This document shows, piece by piece, positions 47,490 to 57,147 of a stretch of 64,000 bases of DNA (positions within the stretch are counted from its first letter, which is position 1; every line of letters starts with the position of its first letter). The notes beneath the pieces were generated by a model. That model saw nothing but the letters and a program-made list of their open reading frames with translations, ran no database searches and was not told where the DNA came from. A program made the position numbers and the translations under genes. Source of the stretch: Candidatus Kerfeldbacteria bacterium (GTDB lineage: Bacteria > Patescibacteriota > Patescibacteriia > UBA10025 > JAHIVO01). The DNA is taken from the NCBI GenBank assembly GCA_047946875.1, contig CP181398.1, forward strand, positions 713,041 to 777,040, read 5' to 3'.

Positions 47490-48038
47490 TTAATTATTGA
47501 TAATAAATCCGACTTCCTGACTTTTTTTATTCCATAATTTTGCCATGAAATACACTACTTCAAATACTCCAAAAAATATTCCAACATAAAATAAATCGCC
47601 TAGGGCAGCACTTCTAAAAAATGGCATAGCCATATAATAACTATCCATAAGTCCGGTTGCTGTCTTGCTATATAATGGTGTGAAAGCCCAAACTGCAAAA
47701 TTTGTAATTAAATAAAAAATAGCAGAACCAGCCAATGTACCTCCAACTACTCGTAATACATTCTTATTTTTTCTAATCCACCAGCCAATCATACCAAAAA
47801 TAAGAAAACTACCCCAAGTAAACAATACTAATGAATGTAAACCAATAATCATATCCGAAAACATCATCACTCCTACTGCTAATAATACTCCCCACTTTGA
47901 TTTTAAATATACTCCACTAAGTAGCGCCAAAGCACCAATAGGTACAAAATTAGCAGGATGTGGAATTACTCTCATAATAAAACTTGCCGCAATAACTACC
48001 GCAAATAAACAAAGAGTAATAATAGTATTTTTTTTCAT
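47490..48038 (-). CDS. Six-TM membrane protein, candidate vitamin B12 (cobalamin) uptake/S-component-like transporter
   Basis: A ~182-aa polytopic protein directly upstream of the cob(I)alamin adenosyltransferase and nrdJ genes. The functional call rests on context only. Confidence 0.35.
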   Translation of the reverse strand: MKKNTIITLCLFAVVIAASFIMRVIPHPANFVPIGALALLSGVYLKSKWGVLLAVGVMMFSDMIIGLHSLVLFTWGSFLIFGMIGWWIRKNKNVLRVVGGTLAGSAIFYLITNFAVWAFTPLYSKTATGLMDSYYMAMPFFRSAALGDLFYVGIFFGVFEVVYFMAKLWNKKSQEVGFIINN

Positions 48039-48060
48039 TTTTCTTTTTTAAAATTAGAAT

Positions 48061-48606
48061 TTAGTAATCAACTGAGTCGCGTGCCAGAATTCCTTTTTGA
48101 TAAGGATGTTTAACCTCTTTTATTTCTGATACATAGTCAGCTTGTTTTATAATTTTATCAGGTGCATTACGACCAGTCAATACCAACTCAAGTTTGGCTG
48201 GCTTCTGCTTGATCAGAGTTAACACCATAGTGATAGGGATCAATTTCTCACGTATTGCCACATTAATTTCATCCAATATTATTAGATTATACTTTCCTGA
48301 TTTCATCTCCCTATTCACATATTCTAATGCCTGTAATGCAGCTTGCTTATGAACTTCAAAAGATTTACGATCTCCTAGTATTTTTATAAACCCTTCACCT
48401 AAAGCGGTAATTTTTAAATATGGTTTTAGCTTCTTTACAATATCCAATTCACCTGAACGCCATGGACCTTTAATAAACTGAACAATAAGCACTTTCTTCT
48501 TGTAACTAATCATCCTCATGGCTAAACCAAGAGCGGCAGTAGTCTTACCTTTTCCATTACCGGTATATACATGAACCAGACCTCTATTAACTTTTCTTAA
48601 TTTCAT
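48061..48606 (-). CDS. cobO: Cob(I)yrinic acid a,c-diamide / cob(I)alamin adenosyltransferase (CobA/CobO/BtuR family)
   Basis: P-loop GNGKGKTTAALG and the family-typical ...VQFIKG... region. 181 aa. Confidence 0.85.
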   Translation of the reverse strand: MKLRKVNRGLVHVYTGNGKGKTTAALGLAMRMISYKKKVLIVQFIKGPWRSGELDIVKKLKPYLKITALGEGFIKILGDRKSFEVHKQAALQALEYVNREMKSGKYNLIILDEINVAIREKLIPITMVLTLIKQKPAKLELVLTGRNAPDKIIKQADYVSEIKEVKHPYQKGILARDSVDY

Positions 48607-48611
48607 AAAAA

Positions 48612-50933
48612 TTAACCTAAGCTACATGCAGAATAACCACAACTAGGGCAAGTAGAACAACCTTCTTTGATTTCCATGTTAGTCTTACAATCAGGACAAA
48701 CTTCTATGACATGGCTCTTATGTACGGCAGGTACTTTTACTTTTTCCATTTCTTTATCAGTATCTTCTTCCATCTTCATAGTTGTATCTTTATTACCATT
48801 ATTACCAGCCAATTCTGCATAATTATAACTGTATGTTTTTTCTTCAACTTTTTTATTTACCTTGCCAATATTTAATACTTGCGCTTCTCTAGATTTATCA
48901 CGATAAATAGTTACCCCTTTACAACCAAATTTATATGCCATGGTATACACTTTATCAATATCTTCAGTAGTTGCGTCCTGGGGGAAATTTACTGTCTTAG
49001 AAACAGCATTGTCTGTATATTTTTGAAATGCTGCCTGCATCTTCAAATGCCATTGAGGAGTTATGTCATGAGATACTACAAATACACGTTGCCATTTCTC
49101 AGGAACCTCGTCCATTCCCTGGACTCCACCCGATAAAGCAATTTTCTTCATTAACTCTTCACTATAAAATCCTTCTCTCTTAGCCACCTGTTCAAATAAA
49201 GGATTTACTTCTACCATCTCATTATTATCCATAACGTTTCGAATATAAGAAATAGCAAATAATGGTTCGACACCTGAAGAACAACTAGCAATAATACTGA
49301 GAGTCCCTGTTGGTGCAATAGTATTTGTAGTTGCATTGCGCATCTTAGGTGCGTCTGGTTTATCAAATATACTTCCTTCAAAATTTGGCATCTGACCTCT
49401 ATCTATCGCTAAATCTTGCGACATCTTTTTGGACTCATCTTCAATAAATTTCATAGTCTTCTCTGCAAATTCTATTGCCTCTTGAGTATCATATGGTATA
49501 CCTAGCATAATCAATAAATCAGACCAACCCATTACTCCTAATCCTATTTTTCTATTATTATGAACCATTTCTGTTATCTGAGGTAAAGGGTAATTACTCA
49601 TATCAATCACATTATCCAAGAAATGAATTGCAGTTCGGATTGTTTCTCTTAACTTGTCCCAATCTACTTCTATTTTCTCACCCAAAGAAAAATCACCTTT
49701 AACCATCTTAGCTAAATTGATAGAGCCTAAATTACAAGCTTCAAATGGTAATAATGGCTGTTCTCCACAAGGATTAGTTGATTCCATCTCCCCAATCTGA
49801 GGAGTTGGGTTCTCTTTATTAATCCTATCAATAAAAATAATACCAGGATCACCATTTTTCCAGGCTAAAGTTACAATTAGATCAAAAACTTTACGAGCAT
49901 TTAGTGTATCTATTGGCTTTTTATCTTTTGGATTGATTAAGTCATAATCTTCATTTTTTTCTACCGCTTCCATAAATTCCTCTGTAATTGCTACAGAAAT
50001 ATTAAAATTATTTAATTTACCATTATTTTCTTTTGATGTGATAAATTCAAGAATATCTGGATGATCTATGCGTAAAATACCCATATTAGCCCCACGACGT
50101 GTACCACCTTGCTTCACAGTCTCTGTAGCAGCATCAAAAACAGTCATAAATGATATTGGACCAGATGCTACCCCTTTAGTAGACATAACCCTGTCATTCT
50201 TTGGTCGAATACTAGAAAAAGAAAAACCGGTTCCACCACCAGTCTTATGTACTAAAGCAGTCCATTTAACTGCATCAAAAATATTCTCCATTGAATCACC
50301 AACTGGCAAAACAAAACATGCTGCTAGCTGTTGCAAATCTTTACCCGCATTCATCAAAGTTGGTGAATTTGGTAAAAACTCTAATTCAGTCATCATATGA
50401 TAAAATTTTTCTTCTGTTTTTTCTACATCTACCGGCTTTGAAAGTAAAGTATCATGCTGTAAATCTGCTTTTGCAATATTACCTGCTACTCGATGAAATA
50501 ATTCAGATGGTGTTTCAATAACTTTACCTAACGCACTTTTCTTAAAATATCTTTTACTAAGCACTCTTAGAGCATTGATAGATAAATTTGTATCTAGCTC
50601 TGAAGTACCGACATAAGAACCCTTCTGCTCACGAAGCTTCTGATGCTCCTTACGATATAAAATATATGCTTTAGCGATTTTAGTTTTATCCTCTTTTATC
50701 AATACTTCTTCTACTATATCCTGAATTTGTTCAACAGTTGGGAATTTAGTATGATCAAATTGTTTTTTTAATGTATCGATTACTTTTTTTGATAATTTCT
50801 CAGCCTGTTTCATATCATCTATCTCAACTGACTTACCTGCTTTATAAATAGCGTTTGTAATCATTGATTGATCAAAGGGGACAACACGTCCATCTCTCTT
50901 TTTAATTTTTTTTATTTCTTTTCCCTTAAGCAT
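48612..50933 (-). CDS. nrdJ: Adenosylcobalamin-dependent (class II) ribonucleotide reductase
   Basis: N-terminal ATP-cone, RNR class II catalytic core, and a C-terminal Zn-ribbon (CPDCK...CSTCPSCGYSAC). Confidence 0.9.
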   Translation of the reverse strand: MLKGKEIKKIKKRDGRVVPFDQSMITNAIYKAGKSVEIDDMKQAEKLSKKVIDTLKKQFDHTKFPTVEQIQDIVEEVLIKEDKTKIAKAYILYRKEHQKLREQKGSYVGTSELDTNLSINALRVLSKRYFKKSALGKVIETPSELFHRVAGNIAKADLQHDTLLSKPVDVEKTEEKFYHMMTELEFLPNSPTLMNAGKDLQQLAACFVLPVGDSMENIFDAVKWTALVHKTGGGTGFSFSSIRPKNDRVMSTKGVASGPISFMTVFDAATETVKQGGTRRGANMGILRIDHPDILEFITSKENNGKLNNFNISVAITEEFMEAVEKNEDYDLINPKDKKPIDTLNARKVFDLIVTLAWKNGDPGIIFIDRINKENPTPQIGEMESTNPCGEQPLLPFEACNLGSINLAKMVKGDFSLGEKIEVDWDKLRETIRTAIHFLDNVIDMSNYPLPQITEMVHNNRKIGLGVMGWSDLLIMLGIPYDTQEAIEFAEKTMKFIEDESKKMSQDLAIDRGQMPNFEGSIFDKPDAPKMRNATTNTIAPTGTLSIIASCSSGVEPLFAISYIRNVMDNNEMVEVNPLFEQVAKREGFYSEELMKKIALSGGVQGMDEVPEKWQRVFVVSHDITPQWHLKMQAAFQKYTDNAVSKTVNFPQDATTEDIDKVYTMAYKFGCKGVTIYRDKSREAQVLNIGKVNKKVEEKTYSYNYAELAGNNGNKDTTMKMEEDTDKEMEKVKVPAVHKSHVIEVCPDCKTNMEIKEGCSTCPSCGYSACSLG

Positions 50934-50976
50934 ATTTTTATATTTCCTTTAAGTCTATTCTTAATAGACGATTAAT

Positions 50977-51014
50977 AATTTCCGGCAGAGCCGGATCCGG
51001 CTTTGCCGGAAATT
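50977..51014 (-). terminator. GC-rich palindromic hairpin between nrdR and nrdJ (possible attenuator or terminator)
   Basis: AATTTCCGGCAGAGCCGG/CCGGCTTTGCCGGAAATT, a nested palindrome. Confidence 0.4.
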
Positions 51015-51015
51015 G

Positions 51016-51477
51016 TTATTTATTTTTTTTAATAATTTTTTTGAGTTCTCGTTGAAAAGCTTTTGCATCCTTAAACGATCGATAGACCGAAGCAAAACGG
51101 ATATAAGCTACCTCATCAACCCGACGCAAATGTTTCATTATAATATCACCTATCTTACTAGCTTTAATTTCATGATTATTACCAGTGTGTTGAATATCAC
51201 GTTCAATCCTGTTTAATAATCTTTTGAAATTATCCTGAGTAATAGCTATTTTCTCAAAAGATTTTCTTATACCAGACTCCAGCTTATCCTTACTATATAG
51301 CTCAGTGCCTCCATCCCTCTTTATAACTGTTAGATTCAAAATTTCTACCTCTTCATAGGTAGAGAACCTAAAGCTACACTTCAAACATTCACGTCTACGG
51401 CGTATAGCCATCCCCTCATTAATTAAACGTGAATCTGTAACTTTTGAATCTGCATGCTGACAAGCTGGGCATTTCAT
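51016..51477 (-). CDS. nrdR: Transcriptional repressor NrdR
   Basis: N-terminal Zn ribbon MKCPACQH...CLKC plus an ATP-cone. Confidence 0.92.
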   Translation of the reverse strand: MKCPACQHADSKVTDSRLINEGMAIRRRRECLKCSFRFSTYEEVEILNLTVIKRDGGTELYSKDKLESGIRKSFEKIAITQDNFKRLLNRIERDIQHTGNNHEIKASKIGDIIMKHLRRVDEVAYIRFASVYRSFKDAKAFQRELKKIIKKNK

Positions 51478-51489
51478 AACACTTTTATA

Positions 51490-51536
51490 CTATATGTAGT
51501 ATACCTTTACTCTATTATACCACAACATATAGAAAT
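51490..51536 (-). promoter_or_regulatory. Two candidate NrdR-box-like palindromes upstream of nrdR (possible autoregulation)
   Basis: ACTATATGTAGTAT and CACAACATATAGAA resemble the NrdR box consensus acaCwAtATaTwGtgt. They are spaced ~28 bp apart. Confidence 0.3.
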
Positions 51537-51897
51537 TGCAAGAGTGGGGGTATAATTTTAGGCTAACCTTAGATTAAATAAAAGATTTGAGCTATCCAAA
51601 ATGGTGAATAATGTTAAAAAAATACAAAATTTTTTCTTACTGTGGATAAATTCAATCAAATCAGGCGTTAAAAAAAGACACATTAAATGCATATGTCTGA
51701 AATTGTAAATTTTATTTTTATTTTCGAAAAAAGATGATTCCCCTTTCTTACTATTTATTTTATATGAAAAACATGAAAATGTAAACTATCTTATTTATTA
51801 ATAAAAATGAATATTTTGATTATAATTGTAAATAATATTTTCCAATACTACAAAATATGAAAATGTCCTGGGGAAAACTCTTAAGCCAGTTCATATT

Positions 51898-51932
51898 AAA
51901 CAAAAACGCCCCACTCTATCGGGGCGTTTATA
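51898..51932 (-). terminator. Intrinsic terminator downstream of ftsZ (AAACGCCCCACTCTATCGGGGCGTTT)
   Basis: A perfect GC-rich hairpin with a T-run on the minus strand. Confidence 0.65.
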
Positions 51933-51954
51933 ATTATATTATTAAATATTTGAG

Positions 51955-53187
51955 TTACATCATTTTCTTTCTTATAAATGCAGGTATTTCTAAATCATCC
52001 TCTTCTTTTGTTGGTGCAACTTCTTCAGTATTTGCTTCCATTGGCTGAGAGGTTGGTACTGCCGGCTTATTAGCAACTGGCTTAGGTGCTACATAAGGAG
52101 TTTCTTTAATTTTTGATGAAGAAAATGATGGTTTAGATGCTGGTGGGTTAAAAGAAGGTACAGTATCCCTATCTTTATTCATTTCAAATTCCATAGGTTT
52201 AATTTTTTTGACAGATTTATGTTTTCCACCAAATCCTGTGGCAATTACTGTGATTTTTATCTCATCTTTCAAAGATTCATCAATTACTGCACCAAACACG
52301 ACTCGTGCATTAGGATCAGCGGAAGCTGTGATAATCCTAGCAGCCTCATTAACCTCATACATTCCTAGATTTGAACCACCGGAAACTGTAAACAATATTC
52401 CTTTAGCGCCCTCAATAGACAATTCTAACAATGGACTATCAATAGAAGCTTTGGCAGCATCTACTGCTCTGTTATCCCCCGCTCCTTGTCCTATGCCCAT
52501 TAAAGCGGATCCAGCACTTTCCATAATGGACCGTACATCAGCAAAATCAACATTAATCAAACCGGGTATGGTTATTAAATCTGAAATACCCTGCACACCC
52601 TGACGCAACACTTCATCAACCGTACTAAACGCTTCTAACAAAGATGTTTTCTTATCTATTATTTGTAATATTCTATCATTAGGAATAGTAATAATTGTGT
52701 CCACGCGATCGGATAATTCACTTAAACCACTTTCAGCTATCTGCTTGCGTTGAGCACCTTCAAATGCAAATGGTTTAGTTACAACTGCAACAGTCAACGC
52801 GCCAACATCTTTAGCAATCTCGGCTACTAAAGGAGTTGCTCCTGTACCTGTACCACCACCAAGACCGCAGGTAACAAATACCATATCAGATCCTTTTAAT
52901 AAGTCATGAATTTCGTCTTGATTCTCCTCTGCAGCTTTTCTGCCTATCTCTGCATCCATACCAGCTCCTAGCCCACGTGTTGTAGTTTTACCAATATGAA
53001 GCTTATTTGTTGCCTTAGAATGATGTAATGCCTGTGCATCGGTGTTTATAGCCACAAAATCAACTCCTCTGATCTTACTATCGATCATACGGTCTATAGC
53101 AGCTCCACCTGAACCACCAATACCGACAACTTTTATTTTTGCAAAAGTTTCAATTTCCGGCTTTATTTCCATATTATTAGATTTCAT
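51955..53187 (-). CDS. ftsZ: Cell division GTPase FtsZ
   Basis: Tubulin signature GGGTGTG ([13 protein letters not shown]). Confidence 0.95.
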   Translation of the reverse strand: MKSNNMEIKPEIETFAKIKVVGIGGSGGAAIDRMIDSKIRGVDFVAINTDAQALHHSKATNKLHIGKTTTRGLGAGMDAEIGRKAAEENQDEIHDLLKGSDMVFVTCGLGGGTGTGATPLVAEIAKDVGALTVAVVTKPFAFEGAQRKQIAESGLSELSDRVDTIITIPNDRILQIIDKKTSLLEAFSTVDEVLRQGVQGISDLITIPGLINVDFADVRSIMESAGSALMGIGQGAGDNRAVDAAKASIDSPLLELSIEGAKGILFTVSGGSNLGMYEVNEAARIITASADPNARVVFGAVIDESLKDEIKITVIATGFGGKHKSVKKIKPMEFEMNKDRDTVPSFNPPASKPSFSSSKIKETPYVAPKPVANKPAVPTSQPMEANTEEVAPTKEEDDLEIPAFIRKKMM

Positions 53188-53199
53188 AAATTATTAATA

Positions 53200-54456
53200 T
53201 TAAGGAATCAAAGTTTTAAACCATTTCTTCATTGAATTAGTTGCATCTGAAACAGAAGAAAACTTTGGAATTTTAATTTTACCTGAAGAATCACCATCTC
53301 TAGAATTTAATGTAACACCCCAATAAAGTAATCCGATAGCTGTAGAAAAATTAAGATCATTTACTTTATCCACTGGGGTCGTACCTAAATTCAAAGGATA
53401 ACCTAAGGCGGCAGGAAGTTTAAACTCTTTTTTTGCTACCTCAACCAAACCAGATAATTTTGATCCACCACCAGTTAAAACAATACCAGCAGGTAATAAT
53501 CCGGAACGGTCAATCTTTTGTAATTCTTTATCAGCAATTTTAAATATTTCTTCACATCTTGCTTCAATAATCTCCGCTACATGTTTCTGTGAAACTACCC
53601 CCTCTTCACGAGAATCAAGCTCACCTAAGTTAATCTCTTCACGCTTATTTATCTCATCAGGTAAAGCACTCCCATATTCAACTTTAATTTTTTCTGCCAA
53701 GTCTATAGAAGTTCGCAAACCGATAGCAATATCATTTGTAATATGACTAGCACCGAGAGGTAAGATAGCACTATGCAAAACATCACCTTCTTCGAATACT
53801 AACAAGCTTGTTGTAGCTCCTCCGATATTCAAAATCGCAACTCCTAGATCTTTCTGCTTTTTAGTAAGTACAGATTCTGAACTTGCCAAAACACCTACAA
53901 CTAAATCATCGATATCTATACCTGTACGATAAATACATTTTGTTAAATTTTTTACTTGTGAAGTGAGTCCTTGAATAATCTGAGCATCTACTTCCAAACG
54001 AATTCCAGTCATTCCGATTGGATCTTTTATTCCTTTCTGATTGTCAACTGTAAAGCTACGTGGGATGACATGTAATATTTCGTAATTGGGTGGAGTCGCT
54101 ACAGCCTGAGCTGCTTCAATAACTCTTTCTACATCCTCTTCTCTAATCTCTCCATCAGATTTGGAAACAGCTATAACTCCATGACTATCCTGTGATGTAA
54201 TATGACTACCATTGATCCCTATGTAAGCATGCTCAACAGGAATACCAGTCATACGCTCTACAGTCTCCAGAGCGCCTGAGATTGATGATACAGCATCTTC
54301 AATACTGGTGATTGACCCTTTACTAACACCTTCTGTTGGATTCTCAGCAGCACCAAGAATATGTATCTTATTATCATTCGGATTTACTTGACCTACCACT
54401 ACTCTGATTGTAGTTGATCCTATATCTAGTCCTGTAATTATTTCTTCCTTTGCCAT
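53200..54456 (-). CDS. ftsA: Cell division protein FtsA
   Basis: Actin-fold ASKHA motifs (GLDIGSTTIRVVVG, VLTGGGSKL). Located upstream of ftsZ. Confidence 0.9.
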   Translation of the reverse strand: MAKEEIITGLDIGSTTIRVVVGQVNPNDNKIHILGAAENPTEGVSKGSITSIEDAVSSISGALETVERMTGIPVEHAYIGINGSHITSQDSHGVIAVSKSDGEIREEDVERVIEAAQAVATPPNYEILHVIPRSFTVDNQKGIKDPIGMTGIRLEVDAQIIQGLTSQVKNLTKCIYRTGIDIDDLVVGVLASSESVLTKKQKDLGVAILNIGGATTSLLVFEEGDVLHSAILPLGASHITNDIAIGLRTSIDLAEKIKVEYGSALPDEINKREEINLGELDSREEGVVSQKHVAEIIEARCEEIFKIADKELQKIDRSGLLPAGIVLTGGGSKLSGLVEVAKKEFKLPAALGYPLNLGTTPVDKVNDLNFSTAIGLLYWGVTLNSRDGDSSGKIKIPKFSSVSDATNSMKKWFKTLIP

Positions 54457-54571
54457 ATTTTAGAGTGTATTATATTAACTTATTTAATTCTTTATCTTAT
54501 ATATATTATAGAATAAATTTTCATTATTTGCAAAAGAGTTTTGAACTGAACACATATATTGTTTATTAGCT

Positions 54572-54940
54572 CTATTTTGAGAATATATATGGTGCAAATA
54601 TTAGTACTCCTATTATAACCGCTCCTATTGATGTTACAAGAACAGTAGCCGCCATAACATCCTTAATTACCTCTGCATAAGAATGAATTCTTGGCTTTAA
54701 TATATCAACCATTTTTTCAAATATTGTATTAATCAATTCTAATACAATAACCATAGTTATCACCAAAAATAGGATGATTGCTTGCCATAGAGCAACTTGA
54801 AAATATACCATCATTACAACCACACCAAGCCCAATCATAACATGAAGTTTAACATTCTGCTCATTTTTAAATACATACCAAAAACCCCTCATTGCATATT
54901 GGAAACTTTTACCTAATTTATGAAAATTAATGATAGACAT
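54572..54940 (-). CDS. dgkA: Prokaryotic diacylglycerol/undecaprenol kinase (DgkA family)
   Basis: A 122-aa three-TM protein with an ELINT(I/A)xE-like motif (LELINTIFE). Confidence 0.8.
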   Translation of the reverse strand: MSIINFHKLGKSFQYAMRGFWYVFKNEQNVKLHVMIGLGVVVMMVYFQVALWQAIILFLVITMVIVLELINTIFEKMVDILKPRIHSYAEVIKDVMAATVLVTSIGAVIIGVLIFAPYIFSK

Positions 54941-54947
54941 AAATATT

Positions 54948-55391
54948 TTATAACTTTATTTTATCATATTTTTGCATTATGGTCTTTTCTTTCTGCTTCA
55001 TTCTCTGTTCATCTTTGTTGTTCAAGTGGTCATATCCTATCAAATGCAATAAACCGTGAGTCAACATATAAGCGATTTCCCATTGTATAGTTTTGCCATT
55101 TTCTTTGGCTTGCTTTTTAATATATGGATAAGAAATAATTATTTCACCGAGGTAACTTTTTTTATTTATTGCCTTCAAACTTTTATATTCCGGAAAAGAC
55201 AAAACATCAGTAGCTTTATTAATACGACGATAACGATTATTCAATTTTTTCATCTCAATGTTATCGATAATAGCGACAGAAACCTGACAACCTATTAGCT
55301 GTTTAAACTCATTACGAATCAGTTTAAACAATTTATCAATTTGCTTTTTATGGATACTAAAACCTCCAACATTATTTATACTTATCTTCAT
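54948..55391 (-). CDS. ybeY: rRNA maturation endoribonuclease YbeY
   Basis: Zn-binding HGLLHLIGYDH motif. Confidence 0.88.
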   Translation of the reverse strand: MKISINNVGGFSIHKKQIDKLFKLIRNEFKQLIGCQVSVAIIDNIEMKKLNNRYRRINKATDVLSFPEYKSLKAINKKSYLGEIIISYPYIKKQAKENGKTIQWEIAYMLTHGLLHLIGYDHLNNKDEQRMKQKEKTIMQKYDKIKL

Positions 55392-56486
55392 TTATAATCT
55401 TATTTCAGAATTAGTATTACTGTTAGTGGTAGTGTTAGTATTTGAATTAGAATTAACAGCTGTGTTTGTATTTAAATTAGTATTACTGTTAGTGTTAGTA
55501 TTTGTTCGAGATGGAGTAGAAGCGTTAAAGCTATTGGACATCATTTCAAAAACAGTGCTAAAACTTGCTTCACTCAAGATATTAATATTATAACTCAAAA
55601 CATAAATTTTACTACTCTTAGAATAATAAACATTCAAACCATCTAAACTAATTACGCCATTTAAATCATTTTCCCAATTACTAACTGTTTTTATTAAGGA
55701 AGAATTAATCCCGGGAGACTTAGTTAGGTACCAATCACGAGCAGATAGATTAGCTGGATTATCTTGAATACTTACTACAACAAATTCTTCTCCAGAAGTA
55801 AATATTTTACCCCCTGGATTAATAGGATCATTATCTACTACCCAAGCAGATGGATATAATAATGAAAAACCACTAACAACATCGTTATAAAATCTTACTT
55901 TCTGACTATTTTCTAATTTACCCTCTCCTTTCGGGTCATATCCTCCTACAACTTCCTGACCGTCTGTATAACCATCTGTATCCGTATCAGCCAAAGAAAT
56001 ACTGGTACCAAATAAAGCCTCTTCAATGTCAGTCAAACCATCTTTATCAGTATCTAAACTACTTCCCACATTAGAATTTATATTCAAATTGACTGGTATA
56101 TTAGTATTGACATTATCATTGAACAAATTTAGATTAACATTTTTTACATTCAAATTAGAATTACTATTTATATTAGTATCTAAATTAGTATTTGAATTAA
56201 CATTAACATTGATATTTTCATTTGAATTTGAATTTACAGTACTATTAACATTCTCTATAGGAACAATAGGTTCTGGTTCACTGTCTTTCTGTAATAACAT
56301 ATATACTCCTCCCCCAGCAATTGCTAAAACCAACACAATTATTGCTATAATTAAGAAATAATTTTTTCCGCCACCACTAGAATTATCTTCAACATAAAAC
56401 TTACTTGGCATTGTATATATTTTTGTCTTTTTTACTTTAGAAGAATCACTATTTTCCTGTAAAATTTCTTTTTTGTCTTCTTTCAT
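55392..56486 (-). CDS. Membrane-anchored protein with low-complexity N/T/S-rich regions and thrombospondin type-3-like Ca-binding repeats
   Basis: DTDKDGLTDIEEALFG...DTDTDGYTDGQE repeats. N-terminal TM helix. Paralogous to the neighbouring 213-aa protein. Confidence 0.6.
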   Translation of the reverse strand: MKEDKKEILQENSDSSKVKKTKIYTMPSKFYVEDNSSGGGKNYFLIIAIIVLVLAIAGGGVYMLLQKDSEPEPIVPIENVNSTVNSNSNENINVNVNSNTNLDTNINSNSNLNVKNVNLNLFNDNVNTNIPVNLNINSNVGSSLDTDKDGLTDIEEALFGTSISLADTDTDGYTDGQEVVGGYDPKGEGKLENSQKVRFYNDVVSGFSLLYPSAWVVDNDPINPGGKIFTSGEEFVVVSIQDNPANLSARDWYLTKSPGINSSLIKTVSNWENDLNGVISLDGLNVYYSKSSKIYVLSYNINILSEASFSTVFEMMSNSFNASTPSRTNTNTNSNTNLNTNTAVNSNSNTNTTTNSNTNSEIRL

Positions 56487-56505
56487 GAAAATATTTTAAT
56501 TAATA

Positions 56506-57147
56506 TTATAAATTTTTAATAGCCTCCTGAAGATCCAATAACAAGCCCTCTCCGTTAGGATTATATCCATTTTCTATCTCTACTCCATCATCCATTCCAT
56601 CTCTATCAGTATCTTTAAGTTTAGGATTTGTTTTATAAACCTCTACCTCCTCACGATCAAATAAACCATCTCCATCAGTATCTTTGCTAGTCAAACTTGT
56701 ACCAATTTTTATTTCTTCTTCATCTGATAATCCATCTCCATCAGTATCCAATGGACCAGTATTTACATTTATTGGTAATGTCACATCAGTATTATCTATA
56801 TTAGTAGTTGAATTACTATTTGTTGCTGGGGGATTATAATTAGTCAAATTTGTATTACCAGTATTTGTAGTATTTTCTGAACCACTATCAAAAAAACCAC
56901 TAATAATCACATAAGCCATACCCAAAATTACAACTATAACAAATATAACCAAAGCTCTCATCGGACTCCCCTTCCTACTATTAATAGGATTTGAATTAGT
57001 AGGAAGTACTGGTTGTTTAACTATTCTAGATCTACTTACTGGTTTAGATTTTTTTATCACCTTCTTACTAACTGGAGTTTTTTCAACTTCAGCGAATATA
57101 TCTTCAACTTGTTCTTTTTTATTTACCATATTTCTATGCTCCTGCAC
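56506..57147 (-). CDS. Membrane-anchored protein with three TSP3-like DxDxDGxxDxxE repeats
   Basis: DTDGDGLSDEEE, DTDGDGLFDREE and DTDRDGMDDGVE repeats. Confidence 0.6.
   Translation of the reverse strand: MQEHRNMVNKKEQVEDIFAEVEKTPVSKKVIKKSKPVSRSRIVKQPVLPTNSNPINSRKGSPMRALVIFVIVVILGMAYVIISGFFDSGSENTTNTGNTNLTNYNPPATNSNSTTNIDNTDVTLPINVNTGPLDTDGDGLSDEEEIKIGTSLTSKDTDGDGLFDREEVEVYKTNPKLKDTDRDGMDDGVEIENGYNPNGEGLLLDLQEAIKNL

Noticed and set aside
50934-51015. Cobalamin riboswitch upstream of nrdJ
   Set aside because: The nrdR-nrdJ spacer is only ~80 nt and is dominated by one palindromic hairpin. There is no B12-box (rAGYCMGgAgaCCkGCc-like) consensus.
55395-55520. Possible microsatellite or non-coding repeat (GTATTAGTGTTAGTA-like)
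   Set aside because: It lies inside the 364-aa ORF and encodes the N/T/S-rich low-complexity C-terminus. It is coding low complexity, not an intergenic repeat.
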